NCBI GenBank assembly: GCA_047617745.1 | Contig: JBLGBN010000001.1 | Coordinates: 1 to 64,000, forward strand | Origin: Candidatus Nanohaloarchaea archaeon | Lineage (GTDB): Archaea; Nanohalarchaeota; Nanosalinia; Nanosalinales; Nanosalinaceae | Direction: 5' to 3' | DNA: 64,000 bases | Shown here: piece by piece, positions 47,186-55,925 of the stretch | Position numbering within the stretch: position 1 is the first letter of the stretch | Layout: the number at the start of each line of letters is the position of its first letter | Notes under the pieces: model-generated | Told to the model about the DNA's origin: nothing | Seen by the model: only the letters and a program-made list of their open reading frames with translations | The model's database searches: none | Position numbers and translations under genes: made by a program

Positions 47186-47287
47186 TCGTTTCCTGAAAAC
47201 TACAGATCCTGCTAAACCTGCGATCAAGTAGTAACGCCCAGTAAAAATCTGGATCCTTAAAAACACGTGCTGGCCGTTTTAATTTTT

Positions 47288-48721
47288 TTACCGGGTTTCT
47301 CTCAACTCTTTTAGAACCAGCTCCATCATCTCACCCAGTTCTTTGTATCCTTCACGGATCTCATCTATCTGATCTTCCTGTTTCTCAACCCTCTTGACAA
47401 GCGGTTTCAGCTGACCCTCATAAGACCGGTTTTCTATTTCAGCTACTTTCTGTTTAAGCTGTTCTATCTCGTCTTCCAGTTCTTCTCCTGTCTGAACATT
47501 TTCAGCGACCATCTCCATGTTAGAGCTCAGTTCTTCTATGGCTTCAACTCGTTCATCCATATCTTCAGGTCTAGAATCATCTCTAGGCTTGGCTTTCTCC
47601 TTCAACTCTTTGTATTCATCCTGCGATAGAAGTTTCAGGTCAGCCAGATCTTCAAAATCGTTAAATATCCATTTGAAGTCGGATACCATACCTTTTAACT
47701 GGTCGACTTCGTCGGAGAGTTTGGAGACATCTTTTTCCTCCTCTTTCTTCTCCAGCTCCTCTAATCCATTCTCGATATTCTGTATATTGACTTCCAGCCT
47801 GTCAATGTCATCGGGGTCGAAGTTTTCAAGTTTATCTTCAAACTCTGACTGGCGGTCTAGGACACCTTTTACATCGTCGCTGAGGCCTGATACCTCTTCG
47901 TTTAGTTCTTCCAGATCTTCTTCAAGTTCCTCTCCGACGCCCTCTACCTCGATATCTTCGAGACTTTCAATCTGTTTCTGGAGTTCCTCCATCCTCTCTT
48001 CGTGTTTGTTTCTGATCTCCTCGATCAGATCGGACTTTTCCGCCAGTCGATCCTTCAGTTCTTCTATCTCTTCTGATCTATCAACATTTTCTATCTCCTG
48101 CTTCAGAGAATCTACATCAACATCTTCCATTTCCTCGAGCTCTTCATGTAGGCTATCCAGCTCGTCTTTTAGGTCATCAATATCTTCTTTCAGATCATTT
48201 ACCTGTTCTTCAGTTACTTCCGGTTCCTTCTCAGAACCTTCAATTTCCTCTATCCTCTGCTTCAGATCTTCAATTTCTTCTTCAAACTCTTCTACTTCAG
48301 ATGCTTCTTCTATTCCCTGAATTTTTTCCTCAAGTGCATCTATCTCGGCTTCAAACTCTGTTTCAGTTATACCAGAATGTTCTCCGTCTTCCGTTGCAGA
48401 GGTTTCTTCCTCATCCTCTTCATCTGCTTCATCTATTTCGTCTTCTTCCGCGGTGTATTCAGGCGCCTCAGGTTCCGAATCCTCTTCAGTTAAATCTTCG
48501 TCTTCATCTGTCCCATCTGTATCTTCTATGATCTCTTCTGATCCTTCATCTTCTCCAGCGTCCGTGTCTTCTTCGCCGGAATCATCCTCTCCGAAAAGCA
48601 CGTCCTGTTTCTCTTCTTTCTCCTCTGGTTCAGAGGTCTCCTCCGTTTCCTCTTCTTCTGATTCAAAAAGTGTTTCCTGGTCTGAGTCGTCGTCTTCTCC
48701 GAATATTACGTCTTCTGGCAT
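47288..48721 (-). CDS. extremely acidic coiled-coil protein
   Basis: E/D-rich N-terminus, long heptad region; GAGGAG before ATG 48721. Confidence 0.8.
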   Translation of the reverse strand: MPEDVIFGEDDDSDQETLFESEEEETEETSEPEEKEEKQDVLFGEDDSGEEDTDAGEDEGSEEIIEDTDGTDEDEDLTEEDSEPEAPEYTAEEDEIDEADEEDEEETSATEDGEHSGITETEFEAEIDALEEKIQGIEEASEVEEFEEEIEDLKQRIEEIEGSEKEPEVTEEQVNDLKEDIDDLKDELDSLHEELEEMEDVDVDSLKQEIENVDRSEEIEELKDRLAEKSDLIEEIRNKHEERMEELQKQIESLEDIEVEGVGEELEEDLEELNEEVSGLSDDVKGVLDRQSEFEDKLENFDPDDIDRLEVNIQNIENGLEELEKKEEEKDVSKLSDEVDQLKGMVSDFKWIFNDFEDLADLKLLSQDEYKELKEKAKPRDDSRPEDMDERVEAIEELSSNMEMVAENVQTGEELEDEIEQLKQKVAEIENRSYEGQLKPLVKRVEKQEDQIDEIREGYKELGEMMELVLKELRETR

Positions 48722-48823
48722 TTGTATCTCCTCTTTTTTTAACTGAATTTGCATGGACAGTTTAACTCCAAAAAGAAACCGTCCGCTTCTTTAATACCTA
48801 GAAGTGGTCAAAATGTTAAAACT

Positions 48824-49888
48824 CTAGTGGTTGATCTTCTGTATCTCTTCCTTTACAAGTTCTGAAAGCTCAAGTACTATCGAATACAGATCCTGTATCT
48901 CCTCCTCGTTTGCATGAATGCGGGACTCTACATCCATCAGCTCCTCATCCATCTCTTCCCGAAGCTCTTCTACTTCCCCATTTCCGTCTTCTACATCGGA
49001 TCTAAGCTCATCCATCTTAAGTTCCAGAGCCTGCCAGAGCAGTCTGATCTTTCTATCGTTCTTGTTTTCATTTACCTCAATGTCTTCGAGCTCTTCATCA
49101 AACGCCTCCCAGAGATAGTCAACTTTTTTCTCAAGCTGTTCTATCTGGGGCGGCCCTTTATCTTCAACCGCCTCTTCAAGTTCTTCGAGCCGGTCGCTGA
49201 ACTTTTCTACTGTCTGTAGAGAATCAAGCTTCCTTTCAAGTCTGTCTATTCTCTCCACGAGATCGTCCGTGGAGCGGAGCTCCATCTTCTCAACCCTCTG
49301 CTCCAGTTCGTTTATCTTGGCAAGCTCACGGGATTCATCAGCTACAATCTTTTCCTCGAAACTCTGCACCTCCGATTTGAGATCTTGGGGGCTGTTCTCA
49401 GGTCCCGGGAGAGTCGGTTCATGTACGGGAGGGTTTTCAGCCGAAGAAGTCTCTGAAACCTCGCTCTCCCCCGCTTTGTCTTCTTGAGTTTCCTCCTGTT
49501 CAATTTCGTTCAGAGCATCTTCAAGCTTCTCTGCTGCATCGGAAATCTGACCGATCTCGGTCAAAGTCTCATCAAGGCCCTCTTCTGCATCTGGGGATAC
49601 TGGTTCAGGATCGCTCTCCGTTTCCGCTTCTGTTTCGGATTCATTATCTGTTTCCTCTGGCTTCACGTTGCTTTCGTCAAGCAGTTCCTCGTATTTCTTC
49701 TTCGAGAACTCTTCTTCAAGAGCTTCCTCCAGATCATCAACATCTGTTAGACTTTCCTCTATCTTGTTGATCTGTTCGCTCTGCAGTGTGCCGGCGATTT
49801 CCTCCTTGACATCGTCAATTATTTCAGAATTCTGAATTTCCTCTTCACTATCCTCTCCGGCGATTTTCTCCTTTATTGAGGAAAACAT
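48824..49888 (-). CDS. acidic coiled-coil protein
   Basis: heptad repeats in the C-terminal half. Confidence 0.8.
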   Translation of the reverse strand: MFSSIKEKIAGEDSEEEIQNSEIIDDVKEEIAGTLQSEQINKIEESLTDVDDLEEALEEEFSKKKYEELLDESNVKPEETDNESETEAETESDPEPVSPDAEEGLDETLTEIGQISDAAEKLEDALNEIEQEETQEDKAGESEVSETSSAENPPVHEPTLPGPENSPQDLKSEVQSFEEKIVADESRELAKINELEQRVEKMELRSTDDLVERIDRLERKLDSLQTVEKFSDRLEELEEAVEDKGPPQIEQLEKKVDYLWEAFDEELEDIEVNENKNDRKIRLLWQALELKMDELRSDVEDGNGEVEELREEMDEELMDVESRIHANEEEIQDLYSIVLELSELVKEEIQKINH

Positions 49889-49941
49889 AGGGCTAAATTG
49901 TGAATCCTCAGTTATTAAACATCGGGAAACAATTACGGTTT

Positions 49942-51393
49942 ATGAAACCGGTTCTGCTGGTGGTGATGGACGGTGTCGGGCTCAGAGATGAAAAAGAAGG
50001 GAACGCTTTCCTACAGGCAGATACCCCTAACCTGGACAGACTGATGGAGGAAAAAGGTTACCAGAAACTTGAAGCCTCTGAAGAAGCAGTCGGGTTGCCG
50101 GAAGGTTATACCGGGAATAGCGAGGTCGGCCACCTGCATCTAGGCGCCGGTAGAAGGATACCTCAGAGGCTGAAACGGATTAACGAAGCTATAGAGGAAA
50201 ACCGTCTCAGGGGCAAAGAAGCCTTGAGAGACTCGCTTGAACGAGCCGAAGAAAATACTACTGCAGTCCACCTCGCAGGAATAATCAGTGACGGCGGAAT
50301 TCACGGTCACATAGATCACCTGAAAGCTTTGCTGGAAATTACAGAGGATTATGATATAGATCAGGTCTGGATACACTGCTTTACAGACGGAAGGGATGTT
50401 GATCCAAAGAGCGCTAAAAAATACCTGCAGCAGATAGAAGATTTCAAACCAGAGAACGCAGATATTGCAACGGTGATGGGCAGGTATTACTCCATGGACC
50501 GGGATGAGAACTGGGGTAGGACCCACAAGGCATACCAGGCGATGGCAGAGACGGAAGGATTCCAGTTTTCCCATCCAGAAGAAGCTGTGGAAAAGTGCTA
50601 CAACGGTGGAGACTACGACTATTTCATCCAACCTTCTGTTTCAGAGAATTATCGTGGAATGAAGGACGAAGACGAGCTGATATTCTACAACTTCCGTGCG
50701 GACAGGGAGAGACAGATAGAAGAGGAGATGGTAGCAGAAGCTGATCCTGACAAATTCGAGGAACCAGTAAATCCTAATTTCGTGTCTATGTTTCCCTACG
50801 AGCAACAGTTAGATGTACCCTCAATATTTGACAAGAAAATAGTTGAAAACACGCTGGGAGAGAAAATCGAGGAAGCAGGATACTCTCAGTTAAGAGTGGC
50901 AGAATCCCAGAAAAAGCCGCACGTAACTTACTTCTTCAACGGTCAGAGAGAGCTGGAGTTTGAACACGAGGAAAGAAAATTCATCGAGAGCGACAAAATC
51001 AAGGCTTACGACCAGAAACCGGAGATGCACGCAGACGAGATAACCAATATAGTGCTGGAAGCGATGGAGAAAGGAGAACACGAATTTATCCTACTTAATT
51101 ATGCTAACTGCGATCTTGTAGGACACACTGGGGAGATTGAGGCAGTGAAGACAGCTGTGGAGACTGTTGACAGAAACATAGGCAGACTGATCGAGAAACT
51201 GGAAGAAACCGGGTATATCGGGTTGATAACTGCAGATCACGGAAACTGTGAAGACTTAGGGACAGAAGAGAGTCCAAAGACTTCTCACACATTGAACCCT
51301 GTGCCGTTAATCGGGGTTGGAACAGAGCCAGAGATTGAAGAAGGAGAACTATGGAACATAGAGGAAATTGCTGAACAAGAACTTGATGTATAG
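49942..51393 (+). CDS. gpmI: 2,3-bisphosphoglycerate-independent phosphoglycerate mutase
   Basis: MDGVG, GNSEVGH, DGRDV, GRYYSMDRD, NFRADR, DLVGHTG, TADHGN. Confidence 0.96.
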   Translation: MKPVLLVVMDGVGLRDEKEGNAFLQADTPNLDRLMEEKGYQKLEASEEAVGLPEGYTGNSEVGHLHLGAGRRIPQRLKRINEAIEENRLRGKEALRDSLERAEENTTAVHLAGIISDGGIHGHIDHLKALLEITEDYDIDQVWIHCFTDGRDVDPKSAKKYLQQIEDFKPENADIATVMGRYYSMDRDENWGRTHKAYQAMAETEGFQFSHPEEAVEKCYNGGDYDYFIQPSVSENYRGMKDEDELIFYNFRADRERQIEEEMVAEADPDKFEEPVNPNFVSMFPYEQQLDVPSIFDKKIVENTLGEKIEEAGYSQLRVAESQKKPHVTYFFNGQRELEFEHEERKFIESDKIKAYDQKPEMHADEITNIVLEAMEKGEHEFILLNYANCDLVGHTGEIEAVKTAVETVDRNIGRLIEKLEETGYIGLITADHGNCEDLGTEESPKTSHTLNPVPLIGVGTEPEIEEGELWNIEEIAEQELDV

Positions 51394-51394
51394 T

Positions 51395-51724
51395 CTATTC
51401 CTGCGGACCCGTTCTGCCGCTATCTGAATCAGATCCTGCTCCGGAACCAGATGTATCTGACTGCCCAGAGCCTTCATCCGGACATTCTCTACCTGTAGCC
51501 TGTATTTCGCATTCCTCAGGAGCTTCCTCTTTTAGAGAATTCACCTCTTCTCCCTTACATGCACGGGATATACGCTCCTCGTAGTAACTGCATTCCGCGC
51601 TCTGCTGCTGACCATCAGCAAACCCGTCGAATCCCTCAGCTTGGCCTGTTGCGAGATAGAGAATTGCCACGCCTGTCACTAGGGCAACCATTGCTACAAC
51701 CACAATTTCGACAGTCTTATCCAT
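51395..51724 (-). CDS. pilin-like protein without a cleavable leader
   Basis: MDKTVEIVVVAMVAL..; in-frame TAA directly upstream; 4 Cys. Confidence 0.7.
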   Translation of the reverse strand: MDKTVEIVVVAMVALVTGVAILYLATGQAEGFDGFADGQQQSAECSYYEERISRACKGEEVNSLKEEAPEECEIQATGRECPDEGSGQSDTSGSGAGSDSDSGRTGPQE

Positions 51725-51732
51725 TTAGATCA

Positions 51733-52029
51733 CTACTGAACTTCGCCGCACTGTACCTGTCCGCCCGCGGAGCCAGGCATACCTGTAATAGTTGAGGCAC
51801 CAGGTATCAGATTTCCTTCCTGATCAAGACATGTTGAAGGAACATCTTTAGCCGAGTTTGTACCAGAACATATTGCGTTCACAGTACCTCTACATGAACT
51901 CGTGCTGGTATCGCTGTTTACATCTCCCAGACCGCCCTGAACCATGAAAATTACCGTGAGCGCTGTCATCATAAGAACAGATGCAGCGACAATAAGCGCC
52001 AGTGTCTGGGACATGCCTTTACTGTTCAT
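51733..52029 (-). CDS. type IV pilin, candidate major pilin of locus 2
   Basis: SKG|MSQTLALIVAASVLMMTALTVIF; own TTTTTATA box ~23 nt upstream. Confidence 0.8.
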   Translation of the reverse strand: MNSKGMSQTLALIVAASVLMMTALTVIFMVQGGLGDVNSDTSTSSCRGTVNAICSGTNSAKDVPSTCLDQEGNLIPGASTITGMPGSAGGQVQCGEVQ

Positions 52030-52129
52030 GGATTTTGATTCGGTCTGCTGGTATAAAAACGGTGCGGTGTCGCCAAAACAAAAAGAAAAATAGAGTTGAG
52101 AGAAAAGATCTCTCCAAGCCGGGAAAACT

Positions 52130-52417
52130 TTATTCCTGGTCCTGTGTCAGGTTGATCTGGATTGAGGAAACATTAAGTTCGTCTCCTTCATCCGTTTCAA
52201 TCTGATCTGTGTCGATTGAGATCTCATCTACTTCTGCTGTCTCTTCAAATTTACTTCTGACCATCTCTGCAACGTCTACTGCTCTGCTAATTGCTTTTCC
52301 TCTTGCCTTTACGTGTACAGTCTCGTGTCCTTCGTTAAACTGGGTTACTACTGCGAGGACATAGCTCATTGCAGGTTTTGAACCGACGTATACTGTGTTG
52401 TCATCTTCTTCTGCCAT
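52130..52417 (-). CDS. albA: DNA/RNA-binding protein Alba
   Basis: [36 protein letters not shown]. Confidence 0.96.
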   Translation of the reverse strand: MAEEDDNTVYVGSKPAMSYVLAVVTQFNEGHETVHVKARGKAISRAVDVAEMVRSKFEETAEVDEISIDTDQIETDEGDELNVSSIQINLTQDQE

Positions 52418-52470
52418 ACTGTTTGGTCACCTCTAAACCCTTTATTGTGTAGAACTGATAAAAAACTGAC

Positions 52471-53664
52471 TCAGTTAATCTCGTGGAGATAGTCGAACTT
52501 GAAGCGAATTGTTTGAAGTTGAGCCTTTGAATCCAGAACTTTTCTGTCTCTTCTCAGTTTTTGTTCCGGCACATCAAAACCTTCAATCTGTTCACGGGCT
52601 TCCTCTGTGGTTATCTCGCCGCTTTCCCATCTGTTAAATTCTCTCCGGGTCTCTTCATCATAATCTATATCAAAGTCGTTGTAGTTAATTTCACCCTCTT
52701 CTAGAGCCTTTCTCGGATCTTTTTGAGCATCTATCTTCTTCCGATCGTAGAGTGTGTACTTCAAAGTTGCGTCGGTAACCTCTACCGTGTAATCTACATC
52801 ATAGGTCTGGCCTTCTCTTTCATCATAATTTGTGCATTCTCCCTCCTCATCCCTGGATACACATACCTCATAATCGTAGGTATCAAACTCCGGATCTCTT
52901 TCCAAGATGCCGAACTCAAATTCCGTATCCGTCTCCACCTCTACCCATTCAGGGATCTCAAAATCGCTTACTGCGTCCTCTGCCAAGTTTTCATTCTCAA
53001 TGGAGTCTCTTTCTGCTTCCTCTCTTGCCTGTTCATCTGTCCTGTCCTGCTGACTTGAACTCACCAAATCCCGATCCTGGGTACCGGCGCTTCCTGTCCC
53101 CTCCCCCCAGTCTTCTGGAAGATCGCCTTCAATGTGTTCAGCCAAATTAACTCCCACTTCTGAAAGCTGGACGTAGCTGTTGTTTACATTTGCTGAACTT
53201 ATTTCAGTCTGTGAAAGTTTCAGCCTCGAAGTTGTATTGGTTCCTCTACAAACAATATAAGGCTCTGAGAATTCTATGTCGTAGATATTATTCTCTTCAA
53301 CAGAGACAGTCCTAATGCTTGGTGGGGAGCAGTCAACCAGACTGGACTGGGATTTCACTTCTTCGGTCACGGCTTCAAGGTAGCTATCCAGCATCGACTG
53401 GTGTGAAGGCGCAGATCTCCAGGTTTTATCGCTTTTACCTTGCTGGAGAGCAGCAATATTTGAGGAATAGTTCAGTTCTTTCTCCATTCTGGGGGTATAG
53501 AGTTTCTCTCTTATCTGGGCCTCGGCCATTGTATTGAAGCCGTCAACGCTGTAATCTATCCTGTGTTTGTATTCATCCTGGAAAAGTAGGGCTCCAAATA
53601 TGTTACCAGTTATAATGAATAGAAAGACTACAACAACTAGCAAGCCCGTATTTTGACCTTTCAG
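52471..53664 (-). CDS. large pilin-like protein (probable CTG start giving MKG|QNTGLLVVVV)
   Basis: SD AGGTGATCC just upstream; CTGA overlap with the previous stop; alternative TTG at 53643. Confidence 0.7.
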   Translation of the reverse strand: MKGQNTGLLVVVVFLFIITGNIFGALLFQDEYKHRIDYSVDGFNTMAEAQIREKLYTPRMEKELNYSSNIAALQQGKSDKTWRSAPSHQSMLDSYLEAVTEEVKSQSSLVDCSPPSIRTVSVEENNIYDIEFSEPYIVCRGTNTTSRLKLSQTEISSANVNNSYVQLSEVGVNLAEHIEGDLPEDWGEGTGSAGTQDRDLVSSSQQDRTDEQAREEAERDSIENENLAEDAVSDFEIPEWVEVETDTEFEFGILERDPEFDTYDYEVCVSRDEEGECTNYDEREGQTYDVDYTVEVTDATLKYTLYDRKKIDAQKDPRKALEEGEINYNDFDIDYDEETRREFNRWESGEITTEEAREQIEGFDVPEQKLRRDRKVLDSKAQLQTIRFKFDYLHEIN

Positions 53665-54113
53665 TTTGGATCACCTGTATAAGCTCCGAGAGCTGATCTT
53701 GCCCGCACCATATCCCTGTCAGGAGAGGCCACATAAGTTGAGAACCGGTAGTCTTGGCCGTAAGTTTCACTTTCGATCTTCACCTCTCCATCAGCGGCTC
53801 TAAAGCCGTAGACCTCGCTGTGTGCTCCCAGAACTCTTTCAGCGTAAAGAGATATGGATTTATTCCACTTCTTTCTGATCTCTTCATCCTGATACTGGAA
53901 GAAACCTATTCTACTTCTAACTGTATCGTTCATCACTATAGAATGGGCAGTACCTGCCTGAAAGCTGTTCTCGTTGAAAGTTACATCCGCATACAAGGAA
54001 GTCTTAACACTTTCTTCAGCTAAGAAGAGCGAAGCAAATATTAGAAGGAGGAGCATCGGCGTCATCGCCACTATCAGGACTGTGATATCAATTGATCCCT
54101 TCACTTGTCTCAC
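53661..54113 (-). CDS. pilin-like protein
   Basis: VKG|SIDITVLIVAM. Confidence 0.75.
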   Translation of the reverse strand: MRQVKGSIDITVLIVAMTPMLLLLIFASLFLAEESVKTSLYADVTFNENSFQAGTAHSIVMNDTVRSRIGFFQYQDEEIRKKWNKSISLYAERVLGAHSEVYGFRAADGEVKIESETYGQDYRFSTYVASPDRDMVRARSALGAYTGDPN

Positions 54114-54477
54114 CTACCATTAAATGCGTATTAGTTATGCTTCCATCCGATTCAATTATCTGTAGAGGTACAGGGAGCGGAGTAAAAACCTGGCCGCAGT
54201 CAGACTCATCTATAACTAAGGGCCCGCTTTCGAAACCTGATACCTCCTCCGCGCAATTCTCCTGTAAGCTGTTATACTGCCCACGAGTCAGTACACCCGT
54301 CCTTTCGCCTCTTTCAAGCATGTGTAGTGCGCCAGCAGCCTTGTAACCTAATCTCTCGTTATTCTGCCTTGTTAAATCGTCTAGGCCCTCCATAGTGGAC
54401 GCCTGCATCATCATAGCCAGCCAGATCACCATTATTATGACAAGCCCGGACACTATACCAATGATCGGGCTTTCCAT
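54088..54477 (-). CDS. pilin-like protein without leader
   Basis: MESPIIGIVSGLVII; in-frame TAG immediately upstream. Confidence 0.7.
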   Translation of the reverse strand: MESPIIGIVSGLVIIMVIWLAMMMQASTMEGLDDLTRQNNERLGYKAAGALHMLERGERTGVLTRGQYNSLQENCAEEVSGFESGPLVIDESDCGQVFTPLPVPLQIIESDGSITNTHLMVGETSEGIN

Positions 54478-54888
54478 CTAACATTCACCCGGGCTGACGA
54501 CAATTCTGCCGGATTTTTCGATACATATATAGCTGCTTTTCCCCTCGTCTTCCGTCGTGACTCTGATATCGCCCGGAGGATTTATTTCACGGATCCTGGT
54601 CTCATCCTCGCTTGGTATATAGCTGTCGAACCTATAGGCTATACTCCCTCCATTCTGGTCCGTAATATTATATTTATCTCGCAGCCCTAGCTCAACAGAG
54701 GAGCCATCCGGAGCTGTTTCTAACGTGTATATAGCTATCTCAACCCTTTCAGCTACTAGAGGAACAGTGTTGAGCGATATCCTTTCATCCAGTTCTGCCA
54801 CTCTCTCTATGCCTATTCCCATCACAAGTGCAGCTGCGAAAAAAGTTACAATAGTCATACCCAGTGTAATAGACATGCCTTTACTCAA
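54478..54888 (-). CDS. pilin-like protein
   Basis: SKG|MSITLGMTIVTFF. Confidence 0.75.
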   Translation of the reverse strand: MSKGMSITLGMTIVTFFAAALVMGIGIERVAELDERISLNTVPLVAERVEIAIYTLETAPDGSSVELGLRDKYNITDQNGGSIAYRFDSYIPSEDETRIREINPPGDIRVTTEDEGKSSYICIEKSGRIVVSPGEC

Positions 54889-55303
54889 CTATATCACCTG
54901 TCTGACTGCCATCGTATTGTTCTGAAATCGTTACCGTCCTCTGGCTATCATCCCTCTCAATCACATAGCTGTTCGAAACTCGGAATTCATTGGTAATCGG
55001 GCACTCCACAGTAGCTGTACCTTCAATATCCTCGCTAGGACTCACCAGCATCACCTGAGTTTCGTCGTTCTGACTTCTATTGATACTGTATTCTTCTATA
55101 TCCAAAATAGCGCGGCTGGTTCCTTGCTCGTTTTCACACACTGAGTTAACGTTGTTCGCAAAGTTTTCAAACTCTCCACTATGCCCTGAAACACTGCTAC
55201 CGACTATCTGCGATTGGGTTAGAATTATCCCCAATGCTGCAGTAGCCGACAGAAGGCCAATAACTACTCTTACAGACATACTGGGAGTGTTATCCGCGGC
55301 CAT
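54881..55303 (-). CDS. pilin-like protein
   Basis: N-terminal hydrophobic helix, Cys pair, within the pilin operon. Confidence 0.65.
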   Translation of the reverse strand: MAADNTPSMSVRVVIGLLSATAALGIILTQSQIVGSSVSGHSGEFENFANNVNSVCENEQGTSRAILDIEEYSINRSQNDETQVMLVSPSEDIEGTATVECPITNEFRVSNSYVIERDDSQRTVTISEQYDGSQTGDIVE

Positions 55304-55532
55304 ACCTGATCCCTGCTAGATTTCCAGAGCTATCCTGAGTTTCAGATTCGTCTCCTGTAGGAAACTCATAACCATTACCTCCTTCTGGAGTAAAAAATCC
55401 CTGACCTTCAGAATTCTCACCGAAAAGTGACTGTCCAACTTGATCAAGGCTTCCGCTGAAAACAAGTGATACCGAGAGTACAATGCTGACAGCTACAACT
55501 ATCGCCACCACTACAGCGGTTTCAGCATTCAT
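55290..55532 (-). CDS. small pilin-like protein without leader
   Basis: MNAETAVVVAIVVAVSIVL. Confidence 0.65.
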   Translation of the reverse strand: MNAETAVVVAIVVAVSIVLSVSLVFSGSLDQVGQSLFGENSEGQGFFTPEGGNGYEFPTGDESETQDSSGNLAGIRYGRG

Positions 55533-55654
55533 GGAAGCAACCCCTGAAGAAATGTCTCCGCACCACCAGTCTGATTTTGGACCATGAAGATCAGGGCCAT
55601 CACTAAAGCGATTCCAAGCACCATTGATACAACCATCCTGATCGATATGCTCAT
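55529..55654 (-). CDS. 41-aa pilin-like microprotein (not in ORF track)
   Basis: MSISIRMVVSMVLGIALVMALIFMVQNQTGGAETFLQGLLP; ATGA overlap with the next gene. Confidence 0.7.
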   Translation of the reverse strand: MSISIRMVVSMVLGIALVMALIFMVQNQTGGAETFLQGLLP

Positions 55655-55693
55655 AAACAGTATGACTGGAAGCTCGGATAAATAAACTTGGAT

Positions 55694-55882
55694 TTAACTA
55701 CCGGAAGATCCGGCAGAACCACCGACCTCGGGGCTGAACTCTGCGACATGATCATTCAACTGGCCTCCAATCCCCTCCATCCAGCCCGTAGTAGCGAGGT
55801 AATACGCCATTACAAACATTATCGCCAGAGTGAGAGATGCAATAAGGAAAATAGGTTTATCCAGTCCTTTCCTCTTCTTCAT
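55694..55882 (-). CDS. small pilin-like protein
   Basis: KKRKG|LDKPIFLIASLTLAIMFVM. Confidence 0.75.
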   Translation of the reverse strand: MKKRKGLDKPIFLIASLTLAIMFVMAYYLATTGWMEGIGGQLNDHVAEFSPEVGGSAGSSGS

Positions 55883-55925
55883 TCTTAACCCCTCAACCGC
55901 TAATTTTAGGTTCCTAGCTAACATG

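Noticed and set aside
47517..49750. Long Ser-rich antisense ORFs (also 28372-29091 and within the giant gene)
   Set aside because: Shadow frames of Glu/Asp-rich or repetitive genes
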